Assembly (NCBI GenBank): GCA_965248925.1
Contig: CBDFLE010000006.1
Span: forward strand, 1,952,001 to 2,016,000
Length of the DNA: 64,000 nt
Reading direction: 5' to 3'
Source of the DNA: Candidatus Multivoradales bacterium
GTDB taxonomy: Bacteria > Acidobacteriota > Thermoanaerobaculia > Multivoradales > J023
Under the pieces are notes generated by a model. It made no database searches. It had not been told where the DNA came from and saw only the letters and a list, made by a program, of their open reading frames with translations. This document shows positions 1 through 16,230 of the stretch, in pieces (the stretch's first letter is position 1; every line of letters starts with the position of its first letter). The position numbers were made by a program, and so were the translations under genes.

Positions 1-293
1 ACGAAAACCACCGCGTCCGCGTCCCGCAGCAGGTGCTCGCGCCGCTTGCGGAGAATGCTCTGGCCGGGGACCGATACCACCTGACAGCGGAGAGTTCGGC
101 CCTCGTACCTTCCTCCGTAGTACTCTAGCCAGTCGAAGTAGAGCGTCCGTCCCTGCGTCTCTTCTGGGGTTTGGACCTCGACTCCAAGGAGTTCCGCCAA
201 GGCCCGAAGGGTCGTCGTCTTTCCCGCCTGGCTGGCTCCGTCGTAGGCGATCTTCAGGACGTAGCAATCGGTCTCTGTTTCCTTGCTCGACAT
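1..293 (-). CDS. MglA-like small Ras-family GTPase (3' end runs off the window)
   Basis: Not in the ORF track; translated by hand from ATG at 293: MSSKETETDCYVLKIAYDGASQAGKTTTL...GRTLYFDW...VVSVPGQ...DADAVVF. P-loop GxxxxGKT plus MglA-type RTLYFD and xPGQ switch motifs; sits downstream of two roadblock genes. Confidence 0.85.
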   Translation of the reverse strand, partial: MSSKETETDCYVLKIAYDGASQAGKTTTLRALAELLGVEVQTPEETQGRTLYFDWLEYYGGRYEGRTLRCQVVSVPGQSILRKRREHLLRDADAVVF

Positions 294-415
294 CGTCTGC
301 TCGGTTGCAACACATGGGACGCTGCTGGGCGTCCCATGTTCTTCTAGAGGCTCTTCAGGATCGTCCGTTTCTTGAACAGAACCTTGGTTCCAAGTCGTCC
401 CCGATCAAAGGCGGA

Positions 416-784
416 TCAGATAAGTCCTTCGGCGTGCTTGTTGACAATGTTGCGAACAATCGCAAGATTCGAGCCGGCGCTGTCGGCGGCAAGATAAAGG
501 AAGGCTGAATTGCCTACCATCTTGATTAGATGAAGTTGGTCGCTTAGTGTCAACAACATGTCGTCTAGAGTCGAGTTGAGTTTCAAGGCCTTCATGGTCT
601 TGAGTTTTTGCTTCACCATTTCGCTGTTGAACGCGCTGGCTGCTGGAAGATCGAAGTCAGGACGAACGCTATGGACAGCCAGGGTCATTCCTGTGTCCAG
701 ATCGACCAGTGAAACGGCAATGAATCCCGGGACCTCAGTGGCGATGCTTTCGAAAATGGAAATGTAGTCTTTTTCTGAAGCCAT
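416..784 (-). CDS. Roadblock/LC7 (MglB-like) protein
   Basis: 122 aa; pattern VPGFIAVSLVDLDTGMTL...AFNSEMVKQK...DDMLLTL..QLHL; RBS AGGAG upstream; adjacent to the GTPase. Confidence 0.8.
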   Translation of the reverse strand: MASEKDYISIFESIATEVPGFIAVSLVDLDTGMTLAVHSVRPDFDLPAASAFNSEMVKQKLKTMKALKLNSTLDDMLLTLSDQLHLIKMVGNSAFLYLAADSAGSNLAIVRNIVNKHAEGLI

Positions 785-801
785 GTATTTCTCCTAGTCG
801 G

Positions 802-1167
802 TCAAAGTACCAAGTCACCCTCAGCGGAGGCCAGTTGGTGCCTAGACATAGCGAGGTTGCTCTTGTTCTTGTCGAGAACCAAGTAGATGAACAGCCCTTC
901 TTTCTTTTCGATCGGACGGATCAAGTGGTATTGCTTTTGGAGGGTAATGAGGATGTCCTCGATCGAGTCTTTCAGACCAAGCGTGGTCATCGTCTTGCGT
1001 TTGGCACGGACCACTTCGGTGTTGCCAGCAGCCGCGAGCTCCAGGTCAATGACGCCGCCGCCACCCTCGGAACCGAGCGTCATGCCGCTGTTGCTGTCGA
1101 CGATGCAGCTGCCCACGAAGCCGTCGATCTCTGCCAGTTTAGATAGACATTGTTTAATGTCAGCCAT
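802..1167 (-). CDS. Roadblock/LC7 (MglB-like) protein
   Basis: Start moved to ATG 1167 (GAAGGAGAGG RBS); IDGFVGSCIVDSNSGM...AAAGNTEVVRAK...IEDILITL..QYHL; paralogue of 416-784 and of the C-terminus of 1623-2780. Confidence 0.85.
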   Translation of the reverse strand: MADIKQCLSKLAEIDGFVGSCIVDSNSGMTLGSEGGGGVIDLELAAAGNTEVVRAKRKTMTTLGLKDSIEDILITLQKQYHLIRPIEKKEGLFIYLVLDKNKSNLAMSRHQLASAEGDLVL

Positions 1168-1327
1168 TTGCCTCTCCTTCAATGAGTTGGTGTTTCGCCC
1201 GGCAACTATTGCCGATTGCGAAAGTGGAACTGGCTGGGTCTCCCGCGGGGGGTCTCTGTTCTTCACCAGCGCCTCCGCAGGGATTGCATTGAGCCCCAAT
1301 CAAATTTTGCACACCCCACAGCAGTTG

Positions 1328-1343
1328 TGCAGAAGCCGTGCCA
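1328..1343 (-). promoter_or_regulatory. sigma54 (-24/-12) promoter for the roadblock-roadblock-GTPase operon
   Basis: Minus strand reads TGGCACGGCTTCTGCA; GG-N10-GC spacing is correct; a sigma54 activator gene lies in the divergent operon. Confidence 0.7.
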
Positions 1344-1622
1344 AGTCGCGCCAGCGGACCGCCCAGACGCGCTGGCTGTGATCACCTTTCCCAGCTGAAA
1401 CCCATCTGCTGAAGGCCCGAAGGTGCTGGTGGCTTCGCGGCTGTTCTGACCTCTGATGGCTAGCCCGCGAGCATCCAAGCTGCCCTGTCTTTGGCCAAAC
1501 GTCGCAAATTGGGTGACTCGTTTTGCTACAGTAAGACGCTACGCAGCGTCAAGAGTGCCGAAGTGATCGAACCTGCGCCCGCTGAGCGTGCTGGCATCGA
1601 GCTTGCTCGTAATCCGTTCACG

Positions 1623-2780
1623 ATGGCACAGATCCTTATCGTTGAAGACGAGAGCGGGCTGCGAGAATCTCTACTGGAGGGTCTTTCGGTGGCTTTCCCC
1701 GACTCTAGTTTCGGCGCCCATGGCACTGTCGAAGAAGCCTTGGAGGCCATCGAGGGTCAGCAGCCAGAGCTAATTATCAGCGACATCCGGCTCCCGGGTA
1801 AGAGCGGTATCGATTTCTTGTTCATTGCCAAGAACCTCTGGCCGGGCATCCGGTTCATTCTGATCACGGCCTACGCCAACGTTGCAACCTACGCGCAAGC
1901 GAGCGAGTACGAAGCCACTCGACTGCTGAAGAAGCCTTTCGCACTGCACGACCTGGTCAAAGCTGTGCGGGAAGCTCTCCGCAACGGATCTTCGAGCCAA
2001 GGCGAAGACACGTCGATTCTCGAGTTGGTTCAGCTTGCCAATCTGGGGAAGAAGAGCCTGGAGATTCACCTTCGACGAGGCGCGACTCGCGGAGAAATCT
2101 GCCTCGTCAATGGCGATTTGATCCATGCCCGCGCTGGGGGTCAAGAAGGCATCGCAGCGTTCATGGAGATGGTGCGGTGGCAGAGGCGAGATGCCGAGAT
2201 CAGGACTTTGAGGAAGGCCCCCAGGACCACGGTTGAGGAGCCGATTCAATTCCTGGTCCACGAGGCTCTCCGGATCCTCGACGAAAAGGATGGAGATACC
2301 GAGAAACCAACCAGGAGCGTCCCTAGTGAATCTTCATTGCTGTCGGCGAAAGAGCCGCTCCAGGTTTCCTCAGCCCCGAAGCTACCTCTAGCGGCGCAAT
2401 CCGAGGAGACTCTGGCCCAAGCCGGCCTCGATGCCTTGGTTGGGATCGACGGCTACCTCGGCGCCTGCTTGATGAACAGTGAAAGCGGAAGAGTTCTCAG
2501 CGCGCGGAGCGCAGCATCTCTCGACGTCGAAGTTGCCGCGGCATGCAACACCGAGGTGATCCGAGCCGAGAGAGCGACTCTAGTCTCCCTTGGGCTCCAG
2601 GATCGAATTGAGGACATCCTGATCAGCTTGGGAAGGCAGTATCACCTCCTATGCCTCATCGATTCGAATCCGGACCTCGTGCTCTACCTGATTCTAGATC
2701 GCGCCCAAGCGAATCTTGCAGTGGCTCGCTACGAACTCTCCACCCTCGCCAGCGCTCTAGACCTTGGGCGCAACCCATGA
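1623..2780 (+). CDS. Response regulator: REC + DUF4388/PatA-N-like + C-terminal roadblock domain
   Basis: MAQILIVEDE...IISDIRLP...KPF receiver; central SILELVQLA...GEICLVNGDLIHA segment; C-terminal IDGYLGACLM...AACNTEVIRA...IEDILISL..QYHL matches the neighbouring roadblocks. ORF is open from 1491. Confidence 0.8.
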   Translation: MAQILIVEDESGLRESLLEGLSVAFPDSSFGAHGTVEEALEAIEGQQPELIISDIRLPGKSGIDFLFIAKNLWPGIRFILITAYANVATYAQASEYEATRLLKKPFALHDLVKAVREALRNGSSSQGEDTSILELVQLANLGKKSLEIHLRRGATRGEICLVNGDLIHARAGGQEGIAAFMEMVRWQRRDAEIRTLRKAPRTTVEEPIQFLVHEALRILDEKDGDTEKPTRSVPSESSLLSAKEPLQVSSAPKLPLAAQSEETLAQAGLDALVGIDGYLGACLMNSESGRVLSARSAASLDVEVAAACNTEVIRAERATLVSLGLQDRIEDILISLGRQYHLLCLIDSNPDLVLYLILDRAQANLAVARYELSTLASALDLGRNP

Positions 2781-2884
2781 GAAGCCTTGGTTGATGAGTT
2801 TCTCTGGCCAATACCCTTTGCCAGATAGACTCACTCGCGTCTCATGGTACAAATGGTAGGGACCAGGCAAGAAGGGGCGGAACC

Positions 2885-3994
2885 ATGAACAGGGCGGTTG
2901 GGGAGAACGGTTTCAAGCAGTGGGAGCTTGCGGTCGATTCCATCAGTGACTTGCTGGTCTTGCTGGACAGCAGCGGCAAGGTAATGCGAGCGAATCGGGC
3001 GGTTGAGCATTGGTCCTTGGTCTCGGTCTTCGAGGTGCAGGGCATGGATGTTCATCGTCTCTTGCATCGGGATTGCGATGATCCATCGTGCTACCTATTG
3101 CGACTTCACCCGGAGAAGAGCCCAACGATCGAAACCGAGCTTCTCGATCCCAAGCTGGGTTGCTGGATCCACATGGCCCTCGAGCCATTCACCGAGGGCG
3201 CAACACCTTACCGTCTACTCACAGTTCGCGATATCACCGAAATTCGCGAGCGGCGAATCCAGGAAGGCCGCCGGACTCGCTTCGAGGCGCTCCACATCGT
3301 CGCTCGCAACCTCGCTCACGAGATTGGCAATCCTCTCGCCGCGATGCAGACGACGACCGAAGTTCTGGCGGCGAACATAGACCGGTTCGAGCCCGCCAAG
3401 GTCAACACCTACCTGGAGAGGATCTTGGAGGGGACCCAGCGGATTCAGACCATCGTCGAGCGGACGATCCGCGACCAACAGTTCACCGACCTGGCGCCCA
3501 AGGTGTTCGATCTCGAAGCCTTCTTGCGCCGCATGTACCGGCTCTTTCAGGACGAGGTCTCGATCCGTGGAGTCCATCTGGAGCTCAAGCCCTTCTCCTC
3601 TCCGGAGCTCTTTGCTTTCGCCGATTCGACGGCAGCCGAGGAAGTGTTGATCAACGTCCTGCGCAACGCCCTCGACGCGACATCAGCTGGCGGGTCGATC
3701 TCTCTCTGTGCTCGCTCAGAGGCAGATCAGGTTGAAATCCTCATCCGCGACACCGGTCGAGGAATGAGCCGGCACCAGATGGCCAACATCTTCCAGCCTT
3801 TCTTTACTACCAAGGCCGAAGGTGCCGGTATCGGGCTCGCTTACTCGAGCTACCTGATGAGAAAGATGGGTGGTACCATCGCGATCGACAGTCAGGTCGG
3901 TGAGGGGACGACCGTGACCGTTCAGCTCCCCGAAGGCAAACCAGAGAATCGAGGGCTGGCCGATGAATCACCGAGACCTTCTCCTCATCGTTGA
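2885..3994 (+). CDS. Cytoplasmic PAS-domain sensor histidine kinase
   Basis: H-box LAHEIGNPL, N-box NVLRNALDA, G1 DTGRG, F-box IFQPFFTTK, G2 GAGIGL; N-terminal PAS-like region. Confidence 0.9.
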   Translation: MNRAVGENGFKQWELAVDSISDLLVLLDSSGKVMRANRAVEHWSLVSVFEVQGMDVHRLLHRDCDDPSCYLLRLHPEKSPTIETELLDPKLGCWIHMALEPFTEGATPYRLLTVRDITEIRERRIQEGRRTRFEALHIVARNLAHEIGNPLAAMQTTTEVLAANIDRFEPAKVNTYLERILEGTQRIQTIVERTIRDQQFTDLAPKVFDLEAFLRRMYRLFQDEVSIRGVHLELKPFSSPELFAFADSTAAEEVLINVLRNALDATSAGGSISLCARSEADQVEILIRDTGRGMSRHQMANIFQPFFTTKAEGAGIGLAYSSYLMRKMGGTIAIDSQVGEGTTVTVQLPEGKPENRGLADESPRPSPHR

Positions 3995-5315
3995 GGACGA
4001 GCCGTTCCTGAGGGAGTCCCTGAGGGATCAGCTAATGGCGGATGGCTACGCTGTGGAGGCCACGGACACCCTGGCCGGAGCGAGGAAACTCTTGCGGGCC
4101 AAGAACCCGGCCCTGATACTGCTCGACCTCTCACTGCCGGACGGATCGGGGCTGAAACTACTTCAAGAGCTCGACCGCGAGCCACTGGCACCTGCGGTCG
4201 TAGTGTTGAGCGCGGATACCACGCTCGATTCTGCCGTGCAAGCGGTTCGCAGCGGTGCCAGCGACTACCTGCCGAAGCCGTTCTCCCTGGAGCTACTGAG
4301 CCACCGGATTCGGCAAGCACTTCAACATCGGGCGGCGAGCCTGGACCGACTGGTAACTCGCCGCCAGGGGACTCTCTCGCGTGCGAGCTCGAAGACGATT
4401 GAGCCAGTATCCGCTGCTATGACCGCGGTTCTGGCAAGAGTTTCCGCGGTGGCGAAACACGATTCGATGCCGGTTTTGGTCTTTGGCGAAACGGGCGTCG
4501 GGAAAGAGTCCATATGTCGCCGCATCCACGAGGAATCCCCCCGTGCGCATGAGCCGTTCATTGCCGTGAATTGTGCCGAACTCGACCGCGGTCTCCTGCG
4601 CTCCGAGTTGTTTGGCCACGAGCGTGGCGCCTTCACCGGCGCCTCAGATCGTCGAGTCGGGCTCTTTGAACTGGCGAGCCGCTGAACCCTGATGCTCGAC
4701 GAGGTCAGCGAGCTGCCTCTCGAGGTGCAAGCGCTCTTTCTAAGAGTCCTCGAAGACGGCACTTTCCGCCGCCTGGGTGGATCGAGAGAGTTCGAAACCC
4801 ATGCCCGAACGATTGCAGTGAGCAATAAGCCGCTCAACGACCTCGCCCAGAGCGGCCGCTTTCGCCAGGATCTCCTTTTTCGCCTGAATACTATTGAGAT
4901 CGTCATTCCGCCGCTGCGGCAGCGATGTGAGGACATTCGCTTGCTGGCCCAGCACTTCTGCCAACGAATGGTCCGCGCCTCGGGTGTCGAGACCCATCTA
5001 ACACCTGAGGCGATCTCTGCGCTGATGGCCTATCCCTGGCCCGGCAACGTTCGTGAGTTGCGCAACGTCATTGAGCGCAGCGTGCTCTTGAGCAAGGGTG
5101 AAGCCTTGACTCCGGAACTCCTCGAGCTACCGAATCGAGCCATTCGCGAGCCGATCACAAGAGAAGCCTCATCCCAGCGTGACCTACCCACGTTGAAGGA
5201 AGTCGAGCGCCGCCATATCACCGCGGTCATGTCCAGTTCAGGGGGCAACCGCACCCATGCGGCGGCGATTCTTGGAATCTCCCGCTCGACGTTGGCCCGA
5301 AAGTTGGACATGTGA
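3963..5315 (+). pseudogene. NtrC-family sigma54-dependent response regulator interrupted by an in-frame TGA at 4683-4685
   Basis: REC, Walker A GETGVGKE, GAFTGA, then ELASR*TLMLDEV (normally GGTLFLDE); 4692-5315 continues in the same frame with WPGNVREL and a Fis-type HTH. Confidence 0.85.
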
Positions 5316-5365
5316 CCCTACGGGTGTGCATCCCCCGAACACGGTCCGCCGATGAAGTCAGCGAC

Positions 5366-8017
5366 TTAGGGCCCGCGAAGGATGGCTTCGATCCCTATGG
5401 ACGGGAGTCTGCGGGAGGCTTCGCCCCCGTAGAACGACAGATCGGTATCGACCGGCGCTTGCAGGCTGCGCTTCTCTTTGACAAAAGAAAGCAGCTCGTC
5501 GTCGCTGTCGATCTCTAAGTGGCGTTCGAGTTCGTCGGCGCCAGGAAAGCGCCCCAGCCCTCGCCGCCAAGCGCGGCGGGCCTCGTCGTAGCGGCCCGCC
5601 TTGGCATAGGCTTGGCCGAGAGCGACGTAGACTCGCTGCTGGTAGGGCGCCACCACTCCGCTCTGCTCTTGCAGTTCGGCACAGCGTTCCAGGTCGCGAG
5701 CAGCGTCGTCGGAATGACGCAGCGCCCGCGGCCAATGCAGATGGTTCATCCCCCGCGAGTAAAGCGCCAGCCAAGAATCCGGCTGGGCCGCCAGCACCTT
5801 GTCGGCCTCGTCCAGACCGCGCTTGGCCACGCTGCCCTTGCAGACGATCGCCGCCAGCCCGCCGCAGGCCGGGATCTTGTCGACGTAGGCCACCGACAGC
5901 TCGATCCGCCAAGCCGGGTTCTTGGTGGTGTCGGCGCGCTCGGTAAGAAAGGCGATCGCCCGGTCGTGAGCATCGTACTCGGCCGCCAGACGCCGGTAGT
6001 CGCTGGCTTCGCGAGCCTGGTAGACACCTCTCAGCAGGCTCTCAAGTTCTGCCAACTGACCCTCGATCTCAGCCGCCGAGGGCAGCGCCCGCTTGGCTAC
6101 CTGGGTGCCCGGCAAGGGACTCAGGCGCCGCGGCTGGGAGATCTCCAGCTCCCGCCGCTCGGCATAGCTGCCGGGATCCTGGTGCAAAGTGAGTATTTGA
6201 TCGACTGCCACGTCCTCGAAATACTGTAAACCGCCGTCTGGCCAGCGTACTTCCAGCATCTCCACCAGATCCACCGTACCGAGACCAAAATGTAGTCTCG
6301 GCTCGCTCTGCCCCGCGAAACCGTTGCCTCCATCGCGCTCACGCACCAGCACCCCGGCGGCGGTCGCCAGGGTCACCCGCGTGCCGATGCCGTCGCGATT
6401 GACCCCGCTCGACGGATCGGTCACCAGCGCCACCCGCAGCCAATGCGCCCCTGCCGCCGTCTGGCGGTGATCTAGCAAACCATTGCGAAACAGCTGCGGA
6501 GCGTCGCCCTGATTGGCGATGAACAGATCCAGGTCGCCATCGTTGTCATAGTCCACCACCGCGATGCCGCGGCCATCCCGGTCGCTGTCCAGGCCGGTCG
6601 GGCCGGCGTTTTCAGTGAAGGCTAGCAGCCCCTCGTTGCGCCACAGCCGAGTGCGTTCGTAGCCCGAGAACGAGCGGTCGCCGATCGCCGGCCAGTTGCG
6701 GGCGTCGTCGGAATGCTCGCCGGTCACCGTCCACGACGCCAGGTCGTACCAATAGCTGCCCTCGCCGGCACTGATGAAGCCGTTGACCGCCACGATGTCC
6801 AAATCGCCATCGTTGTCGTAGTCGAAGAACTTCGCCCCCCAACCCCAACCGCCATCGTAGGCCCGCGCCTCCAGGCCGACATCGGTGAAGTGGATCTCGC
6901 CCGACTCGTCCGGGCCCTCGTTGTACCAGAGCATGTTGCCCTCTTGCAGGTACTCGGCGGTGGTGATGTTGGAGACGTAGATATCTAGCCAGCCATCGTT
7001 GTTGAAGTCACCAAAGTCGACGTTCATGCCCTTCTTGGTGTCGTAGCCCAGAGCACTCTCGGTGGCGTTGCGCCAGCTGCCCTCGCCGTCTGAAAGGAAG
7101 AGCTGGTCGGGACCGAAATCGTCGGCGGCATAGAGATCGGGCCAGCCGTCGCCGTCCAAATCCGCCGCTCCCACCGCCAGAGTCCAGCCCGGGTCAGCGA
7201 CCCCGTGCTTCTCGGCGACCTCGACAAAGCTGCCGTCCCCCTGCTGCTGGTAGAGGTAGTTGGCGCCGCCGTTGCGGGCGCGCTCGAAGTCTTCGTGCAT
7301 GATCCGGGTCGACCCCAGATGCCACAGATCGACCTCGCGGAAGTAGTTGCCAACGTAGATATCCAAAAGACCATCGCGGTCGAAATCGAGAAAGATCGCC
7401 GCGTTGCCATTCGCCCACTCGGTGCCCGGCTGGCCATCGCGACGCTGGAACACCTCGGCGGTGACCTCACGGAAGGTGCCGTCGCCCTGGTTGCGATATA
7501 GCGAGTCCGTGCCCCAACGCACCAGGTAAAGATCCACCAGACCATCGTTGTCGTAGTCCCCCCACACCGCGTCCATGCTGGTGCCGCGAGCATCGTTGGC
7601 TTGCGCCAAGCCGGCCTGCTCCCCCACCTCGGCGAAGCTGCCGTCGCCCTGGTTGCGATACAGCAGGTTGGGCTCCCCCTTGCGCGACTCGGTGACGAAG
7701 AAATCTTGCCAGCCGTCGCCATCGTAGTCGGCACTGGCCACCGCCGCGCCGACGCTCGCCATCCACGACATGATGTTCGACAACTGAGCGTCCAACACCG
7801 GCCGATGATGGCGGTGGGTAATCCCCGCGCTCAACGCCACGTCGACGAAGAGCGGTTCTTCCGCCTCTGGCGGTAACGACTGCGAGGGCGAGGAGCAGGC
7901 CGCAAACCAGCCTGCCAGCAGCAACAACCCGACGGTCGAAAGTCCAACAGCAGTCACCGACGCGAATTTCTTGAAACAGCCATTCCAAACACTAAGAGTC
8001 ACAAAGCTCTTGCTCAC
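5366..8017 (-). CDS. unbV: UnbV/E4-like (CRTAC1: FG-GAP propeller + ASPIC/UnbV) lipoprotein with C-terminal TPR domain, copy 1
   Basis: Many DxDxDGxxD repeats; ASPIC/UnbV signature NRDGIGTRV...GGNGFAGQSEPRLHFGLG...VRWPDG; lipobox-like FAAC; TPR-like helices at the C-terminus; follows pksE-unbL. Start chosen at GTG 8017 (GGAGG RBS); ORF open to 8074. Confidence 0.85.
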   Translation of the reverse strand: MSKSFVTLSVWNGCFKKFASVTAVGLSTVGLLLLAGWFAACSSPSQSLPPEAEEPLFVDVALSAGITHRHHRPVLDAQLSNIMSWMASVGAAVASADYDGDGWQDFFVTESRKGEPNLLYRNQGDGSFAEVGEQAGLAQANDARGTSMDAVWGDYDNDGLVDLYLVRWGTDSLYRNQGDGTFREVTAEVFQRRDGQPGTEWANGNAAIFLDFDRDGLLDIYVGNYFREVDLWHLGSTRIMHEDFERARNGGANYLYQQQGDGSFVEVAEKHGVADPGWTLAVGAADLDGDGWPDLYAADDFGPDQLFLSDGEGSWRNATESALGYDTKKGMNVDFGDFNNDGWLDIYVSNITTAEYLQEGNMLWYNEGPDESGEIHFTDVGLEARAYDGGWGWGAKFFDYDNDGDLDIVAVNGFISAGEGSYWYDLASWTVTGEHSDDARNWPAIGDRSFSGYERTRLWRNEGLLAFTENAGPTGLDSDRDGRGIAVVDYDNDGDLDLFIANQGDAPQLFRNGLLDHRQTAAGAHWLRVALVTDPSSGVNRDGIGTRVTLATAAGVLVRERDGGNGFAGQSEPRLHFGLGTVDLVEMLEVRWPDGGLQYFEDVAVDQILTLHQDPGSYAERRELEISQPRRLSPLPGTQVAKRALPSAAEIEGQLAELESLLRGVYQAREASDYRRLAAEYDAHDRAIAFLTERADTTKNPAWRIELSVAYVDKIPACGGLAAIVCKGSVAKRGLDEADKVLAAQPDSWLALYSRGMNHLHWPRALRHSDDAARDLERCAELQEQSGVVAPYQQRVYVALGQAYAKAGRYDEARRAWRRGLGRFPGADELERHLEIDSDDELLSFVKEKRSLQAPVDTDLSFYGGEASRRLPSIGIEAILRGP
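5428..7871. repeat. 2.44 kb near-identical direct repeat, copy 1 (partner 16578-19021)
   Basis: Constant offset of 11150 bp; only 7 substitutions spotted by eye, apparently all silent. Confidence 0.95.
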
Positions 8018-8036
8018 GGACGGCCTCCAGACGAGG

Positions 8037-8995
8037 TTAGGCAGTAGCAGGGAAGGGCAGGGGAACGGCAACATCCGGCAAGAAACATGCCTCGATGCGC
8101 TGTCGCCAGACCTCGAAAGCGGGCAACTCTGCGCTGCCCCGAGGCAGACCGAGCAGCGTTTGAGAGGTCACTTCGGCCGCCTCACCAGCACTCATGCCGC
8201 AGAAGACGCGGCTAGCCTGCTCGGTGTGCTCGGTGACAATGCCCGCCCGTATCCTGGCCTCGGCGGCAAAAGCGGCGCCCTGGGCGAGAGCCGAAGCAAA
8301 GTCCGCCGCCACGGTGCGCAGGGTTTCGAGAGCCACCCGGTCGACGCCGCCGGCATAGCTGGCGGCGAGACCGACTCCAGCCCACAAATCAGCGTGGCGA
8401 GTGTCCGCGAAGGTAGCGATGGTCCGCGGAATTTGCCGCACGTCGGCGCCTTCGACAAACCACAGACTACGCCCCAGGCCCTGGTCGAAGGCCCGCCGAG
8501 CGTAGCCCCGCACCCGCCGAGGAATCCGCTGTGGCCCGTCTACAGAATTTCGCCCATGGAAGAACCCTTGATGAAAGCCATAGCCATCGTAGGCCAGCCA
8601 AACCAGTAGCGGATCGAGCCGCGCCACGTTGCGCTGCAGGCCAAATGGCAGGCGAGCCAACGCCCAGCCAGCCCCGACTTGCACCATGTAAATGTGGGCG
8701 CTACCGCCCCCTTGGCAAAATTCTTCGAAACGCCGTCGTGGCCAAGGGCTCAAGCGATCCACCAAAAAGAGCGACATCGCCGCACCCTCGTAGGCAAAGC
8801 CGCGAAATTCCTCGTCGACTTCGTCAAGCTGGCGGCAGAGGGGAACACTGGCACTTTCTCCAAGCGCCGCGTGATAGCCCTCAAGGAAGGTCAAACCAAC
8901 CCGCTCGATCCGTTCCCAAACCTGGGCATCGCCACCACGAAATCCGCGCCGAGAGAAACGCACCTGATCGGTAGACAGAGACAATAAGCGACGGG

Positions 8996-9008
<13 letters not shown>
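8037..9008 (-). CDS. unbL: DUF1702 family enediyne-cluster protein (E3/UnbL), copy 1
   Basis: RGFAYEGAAM, HIYMVQVGAGWA, WLAYDGYGFHQGFF, DQGLGRSLWF, DLWAGVGLAASYAGG, LAQGAAFAA motifs; overlaps the pksE stop by 13 nt. Confidence 0.88.
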
Positions 9009-15010
<6,002 letters not shown>

Positions 15011-15357
15011 CAATCCTCCCGTTCTAGGTGTTAAAAGAACCCAGGCGGAGTCAAATTAGAGGAGTGACTATATACGAATACATCAATTAGCGTTGTTTTT
15101 CCCTACTCTTTTGCTGACCGAAAAAACCACGCTATTTCGCAAGATCGAAGAAGTCAAATAAGCCTCCCAAGAGATATGAGAACCCCCTGCTCCAGCCCAG
15201 CCGACAACAGAGTCGCAATCCAGTCAACCATGAAGTCGACAGGTTGTTCCCCTCTCGGCTCGGACACCGAGCGGGTTTCACCAACGCTTGCCGGATGAGC
15301 TAACAGCACGAGAGCACTTCCTCAAGAACAAAAGAAAAATCATTGCTGGCCGTCTAG

Positions 15358-16230
15358 TTAGGCGGAACTCTCCATCTCAAGTTCCAAACGCTGCGCCAGG
15401 CGTTCGTCGATCAGCAGCGGCAGAGCCATCAACAGTGGGGGATTGAGCAGCCGTGGAGGTTGCAGCACTAAGTGAGGTCTGGCGGTCAATTGGCCCGCTG
15501 CGTCGGGCTCGAAAGGGCCGGCACTGGCCAGCCCACGGATCGCCTCGCTGTGGCGCAGAAAATCGAGCGGCCCTTCAAAGCGGTCCATGCCGGCGGCAAA
15601 AACAAAGAATCGCTCACCCGGAGGAATCGCCAGCTTGAAGTCGCCGATGGCCGAAAGAATGGTGCAAGATCGGGGTCTCGACTGCGGAATCGGTGAGTCG
15701 AACAGGCCGATGAAGATAAATCCCGCCAACGGCTGCTCGGCTTCAATCGTACCTTCGAGCATGGCTACCGTGGTATTCGGCACCTCGGGCTCCACCAACA
15801 TTTGCACTTGTTCGGCATCGGTGGCGTACACCCGGCATAACTGGCGAAACTGGCCCGGCGCCAAACCCACCAGTTGAGTGAATCGGCTACTGAAGGTTCC
15901 CAGGCTGTTGTAGCCGACTTCGAAACAGATATCGAGCACACTCTGCTCGGTGGTCATCAACAACTTCTTTGCTGCTTCCAAACGCAAAGCACCGAGAAAC
16001 TGCATCGGTGGAATTCCGACTAGCTCACGAAAAATGCGATTGAAATAGTAGGGGCTCATGCAAGCCAGGTCAGCCATCTCGTCGAGAGTGACCTCTTCGG
16101 TCAGGTGCTGGTGCATGTGCTTGACGACCCGTTCGATAGCTTGCTGATGACTAGCGAGGGTTTCCTCGTGGGCCACCTGGTGGGAAGGCCACAGCGCCTC
16201 GGCGGTGGTAGCACTGCCAACATTCGGCAT
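15358..16230 (-). CDS. AraC-family transcriptional regulator (N-terminal HTH pair, C-terminal effector domain)
   Basis: TLDEMADLACMSPYYFNRIF...RLEAAKKLL...ICFEVGYNSLGTFSSRFTQLVG; GGAGG RBS; lies directly upstream of pksE copy 1. Confidence 0.9.
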   Translation of the reverse strand: MPNVGSATTAEALWPSHQVAHEETLASHQQAIERVVKHMHQHLTEEVTLDEMADLACMSPYYFNRIFRELVGIPPMQFLGALRLEAAKKLLMTTEQSVLDICFEVGYNSLGTFSSRFTQLVGLAPGQFRQLCRVYATDAEQVQMLVEPEVPNTTVAMLEGTIEAEQPLAGFIFIGLFDSPIPQSRPRSCTILSAIGDFKLAIPPGERFFVFAAGMDRFEGPLDFLRHSEAIRGLASAGPFEPDAAGQLTARPHLVLQPPRLLNPPLLMALPLLIDERLAQRLELEMESSA

